From the NCBI GenBank assembly GCA_045863475.1, contig BTUR01000004.1, forward strand, positions 2,628 through 66,627: 64,000 nucleotides of DNA, read 5' to 3'. The position numbers and the translations under genes were made by a program. Source of the stretch: Candidatus Campbellbacteria bacterium. Its GTDB lineage: Bacteria; Patescibacteriota; Minisyncoccia; Phycocordibacterales; EsbW-18. Shown here in pieces: positions 38,814 through 50,005 of the stretch (the stretch's first letter is position 1; every line of letters starts with the position of its first letter). The notes below the pieces were generated by a model. It was not told the DNA's origin. It saw only the letters and a program-made list of their open reading frames with translations, and did not search any database.

Positions 38814-39631
38814 TGAGGAACGGCTCCCTCGCAGGTAAGTGTGATGATGCGCTCACCCCGGTACGGATACCGGTCGCTCTTGGACACACCCTTGAAGACG
38901 CCGTCGACGTAGTCGGCGCTGCTCCACTCGAAGGTTCCGTAGTCAGATTCGAATTCCTCAGACCAGGTACCTTTGTTGTAGAGGTTCCAGTAGAGGTCAG
39001 CGGTTACATGTCTGCCAGGGCGAATCTTGGCATGTCCCGGTCCGACGATGATTGCATCATGTCGGAACGCACACTCATTTCTTGGTGTGCCGAAGCAGTA
39101 AGAGCAACGTATGCTATCTTCCAGTGGTTTTCTGGATGACCCCGATTCACTGTGTGACACCGAGGCCGAGTTTGACTTCTGGCTGTCCTTGAGTTTCTTG
39201 AGTTTCTCGAGAAGCTCAAGGGTCATGGGAACGGTCTTACAGCCCGTGTCTGGGTCAAACTCATGCTCCGACAGCGCCTTTCCGACGACCTTGCCGTTAC
39301 AGATGACGGCTCTCGCGTTCGGCTGACCACTTTTCGGGTCGAAGTTGTCCTGCGGCAACCGCTCCTCGAACTGACGTGACAGCCACTTCATGGAAGCAGC
39401 AGTCGGTGACCATGCAGAGAGGAACAGCCAGGCGACGACGGCGGAGAGGCCGACAGTCAGCATCTTGTACAGCTTGTGCTCGCGCCCGGTCCACAGCATC
39501 GTGATTGCCATGGCGATGAGGCCGATGGCGACCCATGTGCTTCCTTCAGGCAGAGCTGAACGAACGGCTGCCAAGAGGAACAGTACGATGGCGACGGTTC
39601 CGAAGATCCGCCACTGCGTAGCTCTGGTCAT
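38801..39631 (-). CDS. Hypothetical membrane protein
   Basis: Start MTRATQW with an AGGAG SD; ATGA overlap with the upstream gene; 3 TM helices. Confidence 0.65.
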   Translation of the reverse strand: MTRATQWRIFGTVAIVLFLLAAVRSALPEGSTWVAIGLIAMAITMLWTGREHKLYKMLTVGLSAVVAWLFLSAWSPTAASMKWLSRQFEERLPQDNFDPKSGQPNARAVICNGKVVGKALSEHEFDPDTGCKTVPMTLELLEKLKKLKDSQKSNSASVSHSESGSSRKPLEDSIRCSYCFGTPRNECAFRHDAIIVGPGHAKIRPGRHVTADLYWNLYNKGTWSEEFESDYGTFEWSSADYVDGVFKGVSKSDRYPYRGERIITLTCEGAVPHPSS

Positions 39632-40389
39632 TTCGTTTCTCCTGGAACAAGCCGGAAGATGTTGAAGGACGCGGTGAGGAGCGCTGATGTCGCGAGGGCG
39701 ACAATGAGTTTCCCTGCGCCCGGCGACACCACGAACCACCACCAGAACACGATGGACAGAACGAGCAGGGCGAGCATCATGATTGCGTAGGCCTTAGCGG
39801 ACCACGTGAGGATCTTGCCTGCCTTGTCAGCCGCTTCTTTGGCCGTCGCTTTCGCAGCCTCCAAAGCGGTATTCTTCTCGCGAACCTCTCGAAGCAGAAG
39901 CGACACCATCATGTCTGCCGCCTCCGGACTGCGAGTCGAGCTTCTGAGAAATCCGATGATGAGCGACTCCGGCTCAAATCCCGCCGGATATGCCTCGCGC
40001 TGAACCGGTTCCTCGATGACCTCCGTGACGCCTCCCTTGCGCTGTCGCGTCGTCTTCTTGATGAAGGTGAGCATGCGCGGGGGAAGGTAGCCGTCTTTCG
40101 CCTGCGTGAACATCTCAGCAATCGCTTGCTCGACGGCATCACGTTCGTCAGGCGTCTTGAGGCGGTTGATTGCATCAACGAGAATCTTGCGTCTCTTGAA
40201 GGGGAGAAACTTGTCGTTGTTCACGACCGTGTTGAAGTCCAGTTTCTCCTTCTTCTGATCGTCGGGCTTCTTGCTGTCCGTTGTGGTTGCGACCGTCTTC
40301 ACCGCCTCCTTCCCGAGTTTACCGAGAAGCGCCGCGATGGAATCGCGAATTGCGTGGGCGATCAAGTCGTCCCAGATGTTTTTGAACAT
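39628..40389 (-). CDS. Hypothetical protein with C-terminal TM helices
   Basis: Start MFKNIWDD after a GGAG SD. Confidence 0.65.
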   Translation of the reverse strand: MFKNIWDDLIAHAIRDSIAALLGKLGKEAVKTVATTTDSKKPDDQKKEKLDFNTVVNNDKFLPFKRRKILVDAINRLKTPDERDAVEQAIAEMFTQAKDGYLPPRMLTFIKKTTRQRKGGVTEVIEEPVQREAYPAGFEPESLIIGFLRSSTRSPEAADMMVSLLLREVREKNTALEAAKATAKEAADKAGKILTWSAKAYAIMMLALLVLSIVFWWWFVVSPGAGKLIVALATSALLTASFNIFRLVPGETK

Positions 40390-40778
40390 CTTCGTTCTCC
40401 TTTGGAGAGTGAGGGGTAAAGACGATTGTATGTACAAGCTCTACGAGAGAGCGTTATTTTCCAAGTTCGTTGTTAGAGAGCTTCTGTTGAGAATATAGCA
40501 CAAACAGGCCAAAAAGTCAAGTTATGAAAAGACAAATCACGGCTCTACAGAGCCGTGGTTTAAGCAAAACAAAATCACCGAACGCGGTGCGCTCGGTTCT
40601 TTGTTTTGTGGGCGGGAGAGTCGGCCAAGCGCTCGCTTGTTGCCGTCGCTCCTCGCTCCGCTCAGCCCTGCTCTTGCGACCCCGTCTGCCACCGGGGTGC
40701 CCGCAATTCGCCTTCGAGTCCTCTCTCGCTGACAAACAAAATCGCCCAAGGACTCGCCCTGGACTCATTTGTTTGTTG

Positions 40779-40860
40779 TGGGCGGGAGAGGACTCGAACC
40801 TCCATGTCTTGCGACACCAGCTCCTAAGGCTGGCGCGTCTACCAATTTCGCCACCCGCCC
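40779..40860 (-). tRNA. tRNA-Leu(UAG)
   Basis: Cloverleaf with long variable arm; CT-TAG-GA anticodon loop. Confidence 0.93.
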
Positions 40861-40890
40861 ATCCATCATGCGAACCAAAACATAATAATG

Positions 40891-40963
40891 TCCACCCAGT
40901 AGGAGTCGAACCTACAACCAACTCCTTAAGAGGGAGCTGCTCTGCCAGTTGAGCTATGGGTGG
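40891..40963 (-). tRNA. tRNA-Lys(CUU)
   Basis: CT-CTT-AA anticodon loop; GTTCGACTC T-arm. Confidence 0.92.
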
Positions 40964-41139
40964 TAACCAGAGCTATTCTAGCAACAACAAAAAGGTTTTT
41001 CTAGGTGGGCCAGGTGGGAATCGGTCACGAGTATTTTTCTGCTGAAAAACCTCGCGACCCGTGAAAAGGTATTTGTATACCTTTTCACCGCGCCGTCGCG
41101 CTCCGGCTTTCGATTCCCACAACAAAAGTTTGTTTTTTG

Positions 41140-41221
41140 TGGGCCAGGTGGGAATCGAACCCACATCTCTTACGAGACACGATCTTAAGTCGTGCGCGTA
41201 TACCAGTTCCGCCACTGGCCC
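41140..41221 (-). tRNA. tRNA-Leu(UAA)
   Basis: CT-TAA-GA anticodon loop; long variable arm. Confidence 0.93.
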
Positions 41222-41368
41222 AAAAAGGGAAGTGCGAACAGGAATCGGTCACGAGTTTCTAATTCGCTGCGCTCACAAGAACTCTTGACCTCGCCTCGTC
41301 GCCGCCGAAGGCGGCACACTGCGGCCTTCGATTCCCGACGAAAGCAAAGCAGTTTGCTTTCTTTCGTG

Positions 41369-41440
41369 AGGCACGAACGGGAATCGAACCCGTGCATAAC
41401 GGTTTTGCAGACCGTCGCGTTACCACTTCGCCATCGTGCC
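41369..41440 (-). tRNA. tRNA-Cys(GCA)
   Basis: CT-GCA-AA anticodon loop; U73. Confidence 0.93.
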
Positions 41441-41454
41441 GCTACATCCCCATT

Positions 41455-41775
41455 TTAATCGCGAATCGAAAGCGTGTCGATGTCCTGACGATTCTTCTCA
41501 CCGTAGTCAATTTCAAAATCAAAGAAGGGGATGACGCGCACGCGGGTCTTCTTCTTTACGTAGGTGCGCAGTTCGGGACGCTTTCGTTTTAGGAAATCCA
41601 GTGCGTGTTGCTCGTAACTCTCCGGCAGAACGCTGATGTAGATTGTCGCCTGTTTTTCATCAGTTGAAAGTGCCGCGCGTGTCACGGTGATAAGGGACTC
41701 ACGGTTTGATTCGAAGTTTACGAATTCCGCAGCTGTGTGTGCGAGCAACTCTTCCTTTTGTTCTTTGTGCGACAT
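41455..41775 (-). CDS. rbfA: Ribosome-binding factor A
   Basis: 'LITVTR..LS.D...ATIYISV.P', 'R.IP...F..D'; downstream of infB. Confidence 0.88.
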   Translation of the reverse strand: MSHKEQKEELLAHTAAEFVNFESNRESLITVTRAALSTDEKQATIYISVLPESYEQHALDFLKRKRPELRTYVKKKTRVRVIPFFDFEIDYGEKNRQDIDTLSIRD

Positions 41776-41776
41776 A

Positions 41777-43279
41777 TTATTTCTCGACGATAGTGAACGC
41801 GTTTATGTAGTCACCGACGACAAGTGTCACGGATGAGTCGATACGGGCACCGAATTCAACGCCTGCTTCCGCTGTCTTTATTTCATCACGCTGTTTTTGG
41901 AGCCCTAATATTTTTCCCGTACCAATTTCTTCGGTCTTGCGAACGATAGCGACGGTGTCTCCGACGTGCAGCGTTCCGTCCTCAACTTTTCCGCCGACAA
42001 CCTGCTTCGTTTTGACCGCAGAGAAGCAGCGTAATATTCGCGCGCTCCCGTGCACCTCCTGTACGTCATGCTTCGGGCGGCGCGTTACGACGATGTCTTG
42101 AAGCCACTCAGAGATGCGATAGATGATACTCTCCGTGTGTATGCTCATACCGGCACGCTCCGCCGCTATTCGGGCTTCCGATTCAACTGCGGTGTTGAAT
42201 CCAATGAGGACGGTTCGCGCATCACCGCCGCCGATTTTGACATCATTTTCCGTGATGGGACCGACGCCGGTGTGCAGAATCTTGAGAACGACACCGTCGT
42301 CGTGAATTTTTGCGATTTCATGTGCGATTGCATCAATGGAGCCGACGGCATCTGCTTTGATGACGACCGGTATGAGCGCACGCTCGTCGTCCTCTGAAAG
42401 TTCAATCATTGATTTTGTTGTCGGAGTATCATGGACAATTTGTGCGCAATAGCTTTCGGCATCCTTCTTTTTTGAGAATGCTTTGACCGTATCGCCGACA
42501 CTTGGCACGTCGTTCCATCCATTGATGGTCACCGGGGAAGAGAATGTTGCAGTCTCCACTGGTGCTCCGGTGAAGTCGAAGATAGCGCGTACCGGTGCAC
42601 ACGCAGCCCCTGCGGCAACGGCCGTGCCTTTTGCGAGCGTTCCGTTTTGAATGATAAATGTTGCAGAGATGCCGCGCTTTGCGTCGCGGTGCGCCTCGAT
42701 GACGAATCCTTCCGCGTCAGTATCCGGGTCAGCCTGGAGTTCCTGGAGTTCGGCGAGGAGCAAAAGCATCTCCAGAAGTTCTCCGATACCGTCGCCGCGC
42801 TTCGCCGAAACCGGGATGCAGGGGATTGAACCACCGTAGCCTTCAGGGTAGATGCCGTTTTCAATCAAACTTGAAATGGTGTGATTTTGATCGGCATTCG
42901 GTGAGTCGATTTTGTTAAGCGCAATGCAAAATGGAATACCTGCATCTTGGATGGCTTGGTAGGCTTCTTTTGTTTGCGCTTTAACACCGTCTTCGGCGGA
43001 CACAACGAGGATCGCAATATCGGCAACAGATGCGCCGCGAGCGCGTTGCGCCTTAAACGCCTCGTGTCCGGGTGTGTCGATGAACGTTATCTTTTTCGGG
43101 TTTCCGTTTTTGTCCGCGTGCGTAACTTCGTATGCTGCGGTGTGCTGGGTTATGCCGCCCGCTTCACCGGCGACAACGTTGGCCTTGCGAATGTAGTCAA
43201 GCAGGCTGGATTTGCCGTGGTCGACATGTCCGAGCACGACAATAATAGGGGGTCGTTCTGTTGTGCGTTTGTCGTGCAT
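41777..43279 (-). CDS. infB: Translation initiation factor IF-2 (N-terminal domain absent)
   Basis: [36 protein letters not shown]. Confidence 0.95.
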   Translation of the reverse strand: MHDKRTTERPPIIVVLGHVDHGKSSLLDYIRKANVVAGEAGGITQHTAAYEVTHADKNGNPKKITFIDTPGHEAFKAQRARGASVADIAILVVSAEDGVKAQTKEAYQAIQDAGIPFCIALNKIDSPNADQNHTISSLIENGIYPEGYGGSIPCIPVSAKRGDGIGELLEMLLLLAELQELQADPDTDAEGFVIEAHRDAKRGISATFIIQNGTLAKGTAVAAGAACAPVRAIFDFTGAPVETATFSSPVTINGWNDVPSVGDTVKAFSKKKDAESYCAQIVHDTPTTKSMIELSEDDERALIPVVIKADAVGSIDAIAHEIAKIHDDGVVLKILHTGVGPITENDVKIGGGDARTVLIGFNTAVESEARIAAERAGMSIHTESIIYRISEWLQDIVVTRRPKHDVQEVHGSARILRCFSAVKTKQVVGGKVEDGTLHVGDTVAIVRKTEEIGTGKILGLQKQRDEIKTAEAGVEFGARIDSSVTLVVGDYINAFTIVEK

Positions 43280-43392
43280 AGAGGTGTGTTGTGTGCCATG
43301 AGGGCGACCATGAGGCCTTTAATATACAACATTTTTCCCCGTTGTGAAAGTGCGCGTTTGTGTCGTGCTGACGTATCATTTTATGTATACAT

Positions 43393-44583
43393 ATGATGTC
43401 TTCTGCTCCTCCATCAAAACCGATACGCGTCTACCTTGATTACGCGGCAACAACACCGCTCTCACGGCGCGTTGCAGAACGTATGCGGCCGTTTGAAAGC
43501 GAGTCGTTTGCAAACCCGCGTTCACAGCACGCGTTTGGGAAGGTCGCGCGCGAGGCATTTGATGACGCGCGCTTTACCGTTGGAAAAATCTTAGGTGCTA
43601 CCGCTGACGAAGTGCACTTTGTAGACGGAGGAACCGATGGAAATCAGAAGGCAATACTCGGTGTTGTGAATGGACTGCAGGACGACGGAGTACGGCTGGA
43701 AGATATGCATATCATCGTCTCTGCAATCGAACACTCCTCAATTCGCTCGTGCGCGGAGATGCTTTCTCGTCGCGGCGTGTCGGTTTCCTATGCTCCGGTG
43801 AATCGAGAAGGACTTATTGATGTGGATGCGTTCGCAAAGCTCGTTAAAGATTCAACGGTGTTTGTGTCAATCATGCTTACGAACAATGAAATCGGGACGA
43901 TCCAGCCGCTGCGGGAGATCTCGCGTGTTTTGGAAGAGAAATCAAAAGGGAAGAAGTACCCGATTGCGCTGCATACAGACGCGAGCCAGTCTCCATTGTG
44001 GATGTCGGTACGTCCGCGCGACCTTGGTGTGCAGCTTATGACGCTCGATGGCCACAAAATGTACGGCCCGAAAGGCTCAGGGGCGCTTATCGTTTTGCAC
44101 GGTGTTCCGTACGCGGGTCTTTGCGGCGCACTTCATGAGAAGCACGGAAGCGATGATGGCGTTGATGGTACGCCAAATATGCCCGGCATTATCGGATTTA
44201 CCGAGGCGCTTTCCATGTGTGAAGAGAAAAGAGACACGGCCGTTCCTGCAGTCCGGGAGCTCCAAAAGTACTTTTTAGAGCGTCTAGAGGAGCGTTTTCC
44301 CGATGCACGCATTCACGGAAGCCGCAGTGAGCGCGTTGCCAACAACATTAACGTGTCGTTTCCGAATATTGAGGGAGAATTTCTTGTCGCACAACTCTCG
44401 GCTCAGGGCGTTGCCGCGTCGGCTAAAAGCGCATGTCTCTCATCCGGCGAGGAGGGTTCATACGTCATTGCGGCGCTTGACTCGGAGCGCCGGAACAACG
44501 CGGTACGTTTCACGCTTGGGTACGAGACGACCCAAGATGATATTGATTACGTTATCTCCGTGCTTGTTGATGCCGTTGCGTAA
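43393..44583 (+). CDS. Cysteine desulfurase (IscS/NifS family)
   Basis: YLDYAATTP, IEHSS, NNEIGTIQP, GHKMYGPKG, SAC. Confidence 0.92.
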   Translation: MMSSAPPSKPIRVYLDYAATTPLSRRVAERMRPFESESFANPRSQHAFGKVAREAFDDARFTVGKILGATADEVHFVDGGTDGNQKAILGVVNGLQDDGVRLEDMHIIVSAIEHSSIRSCAEMLSRRGVSVSYAPVNREGLIDVDAFAKLVKDSTVFVSIMLTNNEIGTIQPLREISRVLEEKSKGKKYPIALHTDASQSPLWMSVRPRDLGVQLMTLDGHKMYGPKGSGALIVLHGVPYAGLCGALHEKHGSDDGVDGTPNMPGIIGFTEALSMCEEKRDTAVPAVRELQKYFLERLEERFPDARIHGSRSERVANNINVSFPNIEGEFLVAQLSAQGVAASAKSACLSSGEEGSYVIAALDSERRNNAVRFTLGYETTQDDIDYVISVLVDAVA

Positions 44584-44654
44584 CGAATTCTTTTGTTTTT
44601 CACATGTTTCCTCTATACTTGTAGGAGCACTAGCAGACTATCTCGCACCACCTT

Positions 44655-45410
44655 ATGGATATCGAACACCTTAATAAAACGCAGATGATACTCCTCGCGC
44701 TGCTCGTATCATTCGTGACGTCAATTGCCACGGGTATTGCAACCGTTTCACTCATTGAGAAAGCGCCGGCTGATGTCACACGCGTCATTTCGCGCATTGT
44801 AGAGCAGCCGATTGAAACGATTCTTCCGGGAGAAAAAGAGGTGGTGACGCAAACGGTCGTTGTACAGGAAAGCGATCTCATCGCACAGGCGATAGTCGCG
44901 ATTCGCCCGAGCATTGTGCGTATTTATCAGGGCGAGCGCTCCGACAAAACATTTCTCGCATTCGGCGTTATCCTTGATGAAAAAGGAACGGTATTGGCCG
45001 ACGCAACAGTGGTGAAAGAGAAGAAGCCGTACGTTGTTGTTTTAGATGACGGTATTGAATTTGAAGCAATAGCAGATGATGCGGTAAACGGAGTTGTTCT
45101 CCTTACTCCGAATAATGCACCTGAACGCGCGACGTTTATTCCGGCGGCGCAGGAGGCGTTCTCTGAGCTCGCCCTCGGACAGACGGTTGTGGCACTCGGC
45201 AACAGCAACGGCTCGTACACAGTTTCGCCCGGCATCATCTCAGAGATTGTCAGTCCGTCTGCGGAAGAGGGTAGCCGCGGTTTCGTACGAACAACCATCA
45301 CATCAAACAACATTGCCTCTGGTTCGCCTCTGGTGACCGTGGAAGGGAAGATTGTGGGTATTGCGTATCCGGTGGAAACAGGGCTGTTTCGAGGGTTTCC
45401 GCCCAGGTAA
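44655..45410 (+). CDS. Membrane-anchored trypsin-like (HtrA-like) protein, probably inactive
   Basis: 'LGQTVVALG...GII', 'SGSPLV..EG.IVGI'; the catalytic His position is not evident. Confidence 0.65.
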   Translation: MDIEHLNKTQMILLALLVSFVTSIATGIATVSLIEKAPADVTRVISRIVEQPIETILPGEKEVVTQTVVVQESDLIAQAIVAIRPSIVRIYQGERSDKTFLAFGVILDEKGTVLADATVVKEKKPYVVVLDDGIEFEAIADDAVNGVVLLTPNNAPERATFIPAAQEAFSELALGQTVVALGNSNGSYTVSPGIISEIVSPSAEEGSRGFVRTTITSNNIASGSPLVTVEGKIVGIAYPVETGLFRGFPPR

Positions 45411-45460
45411 GCGGTCAAGAGTGTTGACCAAAGGTCAATTTTGAGTTACAATTTTTTCGT

Positions 45461-48172
45461 ATGCCTCCATTCGGCAAATTCACCACAAAAGCAAAAGAAG
45501 CCATCAAACGGGCTCATGAGCTTGCCATTGAGCGTGGCCAGAGCAGCGTGAACGTCATGCACCTGCTCTCGGCACTTATCCTGCAGGAAGAGAGTATGGT
45601 CGCGTCCATCCTCGACCGGCTTGAAATCGACACCGTAGCGCTCACGGACGAACTCCTGGATGCACTGGAACCTGCCGACAGCGGCACGGTGTCGCCGTCG
45701 TACCAGATGTTTCTCTCACCTGAGCTTGCAAAGACCTTGGAACAATCCATGCAGATTGCGGTATCACTCGGTGACCAATTTGTTTCAACCGAACACCTTT
45801 TCATTGCGGCGCTTGATACGCAAGGTGAACACCAGGATATCCTCGGTGATTTTAAGATTGAGCGAGACACTGTGTTTCGCGTACTGAAAGAGTTGCGTGA
45901 GCGCAGTGAGACGGATGAAACCAATGTGCAGAAAAAACCTCGCGCTATCGCACGCTACGCACGTTCACTGACGCAGATGGCTCGCGAAAACAAACTCGAT
46001 CCGGTTATCGGTCGCGACCGTGAAATCAACCGCATCATCCAAATTCTTTCCCGTCGCACGAAGAACAACCCGATGCTCATCGGTGATGCTGGTGTCGGCA
46101 AGACCGCGGTTGTTGAGGGTTTGGCTCAGCGCATCGCGGGAGGTGATGTACCGGAGTCACTCAAAGACAAAGATCTCGTTTCACTGGACCTCGGCTCGCT
46201 CATTGCCGGTACAAAGTACCGCGGTGAATTCGAAGAGCGCTTGAAAGCAATCGTCAAAGAGGTGGAGAAATCCAACGGCAACATCATCATGTTTATTGAT
46301 GAGATTCACACCATCGTCGGTGCCGGTGCCGCAGACGGTTCACTCGATGCGTCCAACATGCTCAAACCCGCACTCGCACGCGGCGAGCTTCGCGCCATCG
46401 GCGCAACGACCCTGAAGGAATACCAGCGCCACATCGAAAAAGATCCGGCACTGACACGTCGTTTCCAGCCGGTACACATCAACGAACCGTCCGTGGACGA
46501 CGCGATCGCCATCATGCGGGGACTTAAAGAGCGTTATGAGTTGTACCACGGTGTCAAAGTTACCGACGATGCCATCATCGCGGCAGTACAGCTTTCAAGC
46601 CGATACATCACCGACCGATTCTTGCCCGACAAAGCGGTCGACCTTATTGATGAGGCATCGTCAGCACTTCGGATTTCACTTGAAAACAAGCCGCCGATTT
46701 TGGAGGAGACACATCGTAAGATTTTGATGCTTGAAATTGAGAAAGAAGCGCTCAAAGGGGAAGCGGCGGGCAAGAGCGCGGCATCCGCGAAGGTGAAGGG
46801 ACGCATGAAGAAAATTGACACGGAAATTGCCGACCTGAAAGAAAAGGTGTCGGAGATTGATCTGAAGTGGAAGAACGAGAAAGAAACCATCGGGGAGATT
46901 AAAGAAATCAAAAAACAACTTGAGCAGGCGCGTCTTGATGCAGAAGCTGCGGAAGCGACAGCCGACCTTGCGCGTGCCGCGGAGATTCGCTACGGCAAGA
47001 TTCCGGCGCTTGAGAAGGACCTTGAGATGCGTAATACGCGTCTGAAGCGACTGCAGAAATCACGACGTATCCTGAAAGAGGAGGTCACGGAAGCGGACAT
47101 CGCGGAAATTGTGTCGCGATGGACCGGCGTGCCGATTTCCCGCATGCTTGAAAGCGAAGTGCAGAAACTCTCCCGTATGGAGGAAGGGCTCAAGGAGCGC
47201 GTTGTCGGACAGGAAGAGGCGGTACAGAAGGTGTCTGACGCGGTGAAGCGTTCACGTGCAGGCATCGCCGACCCAAATCGCCCTATCGGCTCATTTATAT
47301 TCCTCGGACCCACCGGTGTCGGAAAGACCGAACTTGCCAAAGCGCTCGCGGAATTTATGTTTGATGACGAGAAGGCGCTCATTCGCGTGGACATGTCTGA
47401 ATACATGGAGAAACACTCGGTGTCCAAGATTATCGGTGCACCTCCGGGATATGTCGGTCACGAAGAAGGTGGCGGACTTTCTGAGCGCGTTCGACATCGT
47501 CCGTACAGTGTCATTCTCTTCGATGAAATCGAGAAGGCACATCCGGAAGTGTTTAACATTCTTCTGCAGGTGCTTGATGATGGTCGTCTTACCGATGCCA
47601 AGGGCAGAACGGTAAACTTTAAGAACACTATCGTCATCATGACGTCCAATATCGGCGCGCAGTATCTCGACCGCATGCACGGCGTCGGCTTCGGCTCAAA
47701 TGACGAACAGGAGCAGTCAAACCAAAATATCCGCGAGAAAGTGATGGACGCACTCCGTGATCAGTTCCGTCCCGAATTCCTCAACCGACTCGACGAAATC
47801 GTGGTGTTTAACGTGCTCTCACGTGACGCGATTGCACAGATTGTCTCCATCCAGTTGGACATCGTACAGAAGCGTCTCTCTGAGAAAGAGATTACGCTTG
47901 TCGTATCAAAAGAGGCAATCGACTACCTTGCCCAGAAGGGATACAACCCGACGTACGGTGCACGCCCGCTCAAACGACTCATTCAAGACAAGATTCTCAC
48001 GAAGGTCGCACAACTCATGGTATCCCGTGGCATCCTTGAAGGTGGAGAGGTAACCATCGGTGTCGGCCAGAATGAAAAGGGAGAAGAGGACATTACCTTT
48101 TCGATGACGAAAAAAGGGAAGGCCCCGAGACAGCGCCGCACCCGCGGGAAAAAGGAGGAAGTGGCGGCGTAA
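45461..48172 (+). CDS. clpB: ATP-dependent chaperone ClpB
   Basis: Two Walker A motifs ([16 protein letters not shown]), a long middle coiled-coil and GYVG. Confidence 0.92.
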   Translation: MPPFGKFTTKAKEAIKRAHELAIERGQSSVNVMHLLSALILQEESMVASILDRLEIDTVALTDELLDALEPADSGTVSPSYQMFLSPELAKTLEQSMQIAVSLGDQFVSTEHLFIAALDTQGEHQDILGDFKIERDTVFRVLKELRERSETDETNVQKKPRAIARYARSLTQMARENKLDPVIGRDREINRIIQILSRRTKNNPMLIGDAGVGKTAVVEGLAQRIAGGDVPESLKDKDLVSLDLGSLIAGTKYRGEFEERLKAIVKEVEKSNGNIIMFIDEIHTIVGAGAADGSLDASNMLKPALARGELRAIGATTLKEYQRHIEKDPALTRRFQPVHINEPSVDDAIAIMRGLKERYELYHGVKVTDDAIIAAVQLSSRYITDRFLPDKAVDLIDEASSALRISLENKPPILEETHRKILMLEIEKEALKGEAAGKSAASAKVKGRMKKIDTEIADLKEKVSEIDLKWKNEKETIGEIKEIKKQLEQARLDAEAAEATADLARAAEIRYGKIPALEKDLEMRNTRLKRLQKSRRILKEEVTEADIAEIVSRWTGVPISRMLESEVQKLSRMEEGLKERVVGQEEAVQKVSDAVKRSRAGIADPNRPIGSFIFLGPTGVGKTELAKALAEFMFDDEKALIRVDMSEYMEKHSVSKIIGAPPGYVGHEEGGGLSERVRHRPYSVILFDEIEKAHPEVFNILLQVLDDGRLTDAKGRTVNFKNTIVIMTSNIGAQYLDRMHGVGFGSNDEQEQSNQNIREKVMDALRDQFRPEFLNRLDEIVVFNVLSRDAIAQIVSIQLDIVQKRLSEKEITLVVSKEAIDYLAQKGYNPTYGARPLKRLIQDKILTKVAQLMVSRGILEGGEVTIGVGQNEKGEEDITFSMTKKGKAPRQRRTRGKKEEVAA

Positions 48173-48227
48173 AACGAAACTATAATAAAAAACAAAAAAC
48201 CGGCATGTCGCCGGTTTTTTGATCGGG

Positions 48228-48310
48228 TGCGCCGGGGAGGATTCGAACCTCCGTAGCCCGAAGGCGCTAGATTTACAGTCTAGTGCGATTGACCGCTCCG
48301 CCACCGACGC
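48228..48310 (-). tRNA. tRNA-Tyr(GUA)
   Basis: CT-GTA-AA anticodon loop; long variable arm. Confidence 0.93.
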
Positions 48311-48409
48311 ATCTAAAGACGCTCTATAAACTACATCAAAAAGCCCAAAAAAACAACGAAAAAGGCTTTTATTGCGCACTCTTTCCGGCTATGGTAGTAT
48401 CTCAGAGCT

Positions 48410-48577
48410 ATGTCACAGGACGCATTGGTAAAAATGAAATCAACGAAATCCGGGCACGTGTATTACACGCGCCGGAACAAGAAGAGCAAGGGCGTGCAGA
48501 ACAAGGAAAAGCTCGAGTTCAAGAAATTCGACCCCACACTTCGGGAGCGAGTGGTCTACAAGCAGGCCAAAAAATAA
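48410..48577 (+). CDS. rpmG: 50S ribosomal protein L33
   Basis: Not in the ORF track; translates as MSQDALVKMKSTKSGHVYYTRRNKK...KLEFKKFDPTLRERVVYKQAKK. Confidence 0.9.
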   Translation: MSQDALVKMKSTKSGHVYYTRRNKKSKGVQNKEKLEFKKFDPTLRERVVYKQAKK

Positions 48578-48646
48578 CGACATCAAACGACCCCTTCGGG
48601 GGTCGTTTTACTAACCACCCGTTGTACTGGTACAATTCTCCAGAAC

Positions 48647-48717
48647 GGGCGATTAGTTAAATGGTATAACAGTGGTCTCCAAAACCACTATTGGGGGTTC
48701 GATTCCCTCATCGCCCG
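48647..48717 (+). tRNA. tRNA-Trp(CCA)
   Basis: CT-CCA-AA anticodon loop; G73. Confidence 0.92.
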
Positions 48718-48893
48718 CAACGACCGGTGAAGACAGCCGGGGGCTGTCGGAGTCGGACGTCGGCGGATGCGAGAAGGGAATCGAACGGCGGAGTTCCGGT
48801 TTACCGGAACGAGCCGCGTCCAGCAGTACTTAGGAGCGAAGCGACTTAGTAACTGCGGGACGATTCCCTCAGGAATTCTGTTACACCAGAACC

Positions 48894-49349
48894 ATGAACA
48901 ACAAGCGCACAATCCTTGAAATAACCCTTGCGGTACTCGTTATTGTCGGCCTGGCGTGTTTGGTACGTTGGTATTTTCCGAAAGTTCCAAGCAAACTTCA
49001 GATACAGGGCGCGGCGATTACTCTTGAGGTCGCCGACTCTTCAGATGAACGACGCGTGGGCTTGAGCGGTCGCAGGAGCCTAGAGCGAGGAACCGGAATG
49101 TTATTTGTTTTCAGGAATCTCGGGTACCACTCGTTCTGGATGCCGAATATGTTTTTTCCGATAGATATAATTTGGATGGACCGTGATTTCACAATTGTTG
49201 ATGTAGAAACCAACGTTATACCCGACTCATACCCGACCTTGTACCGGCCATCAACGGAAGCATTGTACGTTCTTGAGTTGAACGCCGGTGAATCTGAAAC
49301 GTTCGGTATACGCACAGGCGCGACGTTTACTCCTGTGTACGGCAACTAA
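48894..49349 (+). CDS. DUF192 family protein
   Basis: 'LEVADS..ER..GLSGR....GMLFVF.....FWM.NM.FPIDIIW...YVLELNAG'. Confidence 0.88.
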   Translation: MNNKRTILEITLAVLVIVGLACLVRWYFPKVPSKLQIQGAAITLEVADSSDERRVGLSGRRSLERGTGMLFVFRNLGYHSFWMPNMFFPIDIIWMDRDFTIVDVETNVIPDSYPTLYRPSTEALYVLELNAGESETFGIRTGATFTPVYGN

Positions 49350-49393
49350 TAACAAGACGCATAAAATCCGCCGGTGAGGGCGGATTTTATGAT

Positions 49394-49831
49394 GTCGCTT
49401 GTACTGGTAAGCCGAATTCTGTATCCCGCCCTCTATGCTCCCTGAATAACGTTTTTAGTTACTCCGAAAGCTTAGAGGGCGGGACGACGATTATTTCTCT
49501 TGCCCGTACGTTACCGTACGGATCTTTGCGGCACTCCGCACTTCCAAAAGAAAGCGCGGCACGGCCTTGCATGTAGGTAAGGATTTTGCCGTTTCACCCC
49601 TCGACTTCGCTCGGGGCAAGCCCCAAACTATTTCGAAGGTTATCCCGTTACCGGGACCCGAAGTTCTTTCGAACTGCGGCGTCACTGCTCGCACCTCTGC
49701 CGGAGCTCTCTGTGAAGAGAGCTCGGCGGTGGGCGTTACCCACTACCGTCCTCCTGTTTTGCAACAGGACATGTTCGGACTTTCCTCACTCTGTGAAAGA
49801 TCACAGGCGCAATCGCCTTATACAAGCGGTC
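49394..49831 (-). ncRNA. rnpB: RNase P RNA
   Basis: Minus strand GAGGAAAGTCCG near the 5' end, ACAGAATTCGGCTTA near the 3' end, and P1 pairing cgcttgta/tacaagcg. Confidence 0.92.
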
Positions 49832-50005
49832 CGTAGTATACATCCGCAGTACCTGAACGCAAGTGCTCTTTTTGAAAAATACTGATACCATAAGGGTTAT
49901 TAGCGACGTAGAGCGAGAGAAATGGGAACAAAGAGTCCCATTTCCAAGCCGAGGAGCTAATATAGTCCTTCACTGCCTTGAGGGACTATATTCGGGACGT
50001 ATCGT

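Noticed and set aside
38932-38940. Self-target for guide unit 13 (aggttccgt), and similar single 9-mer hits at 55485, 21001 and 27205
   Set aside because: The adjacent 9 nt do not match the partner spacer, and single 9-mers are expected by chance in 64 kb. My check was not exhaustive.
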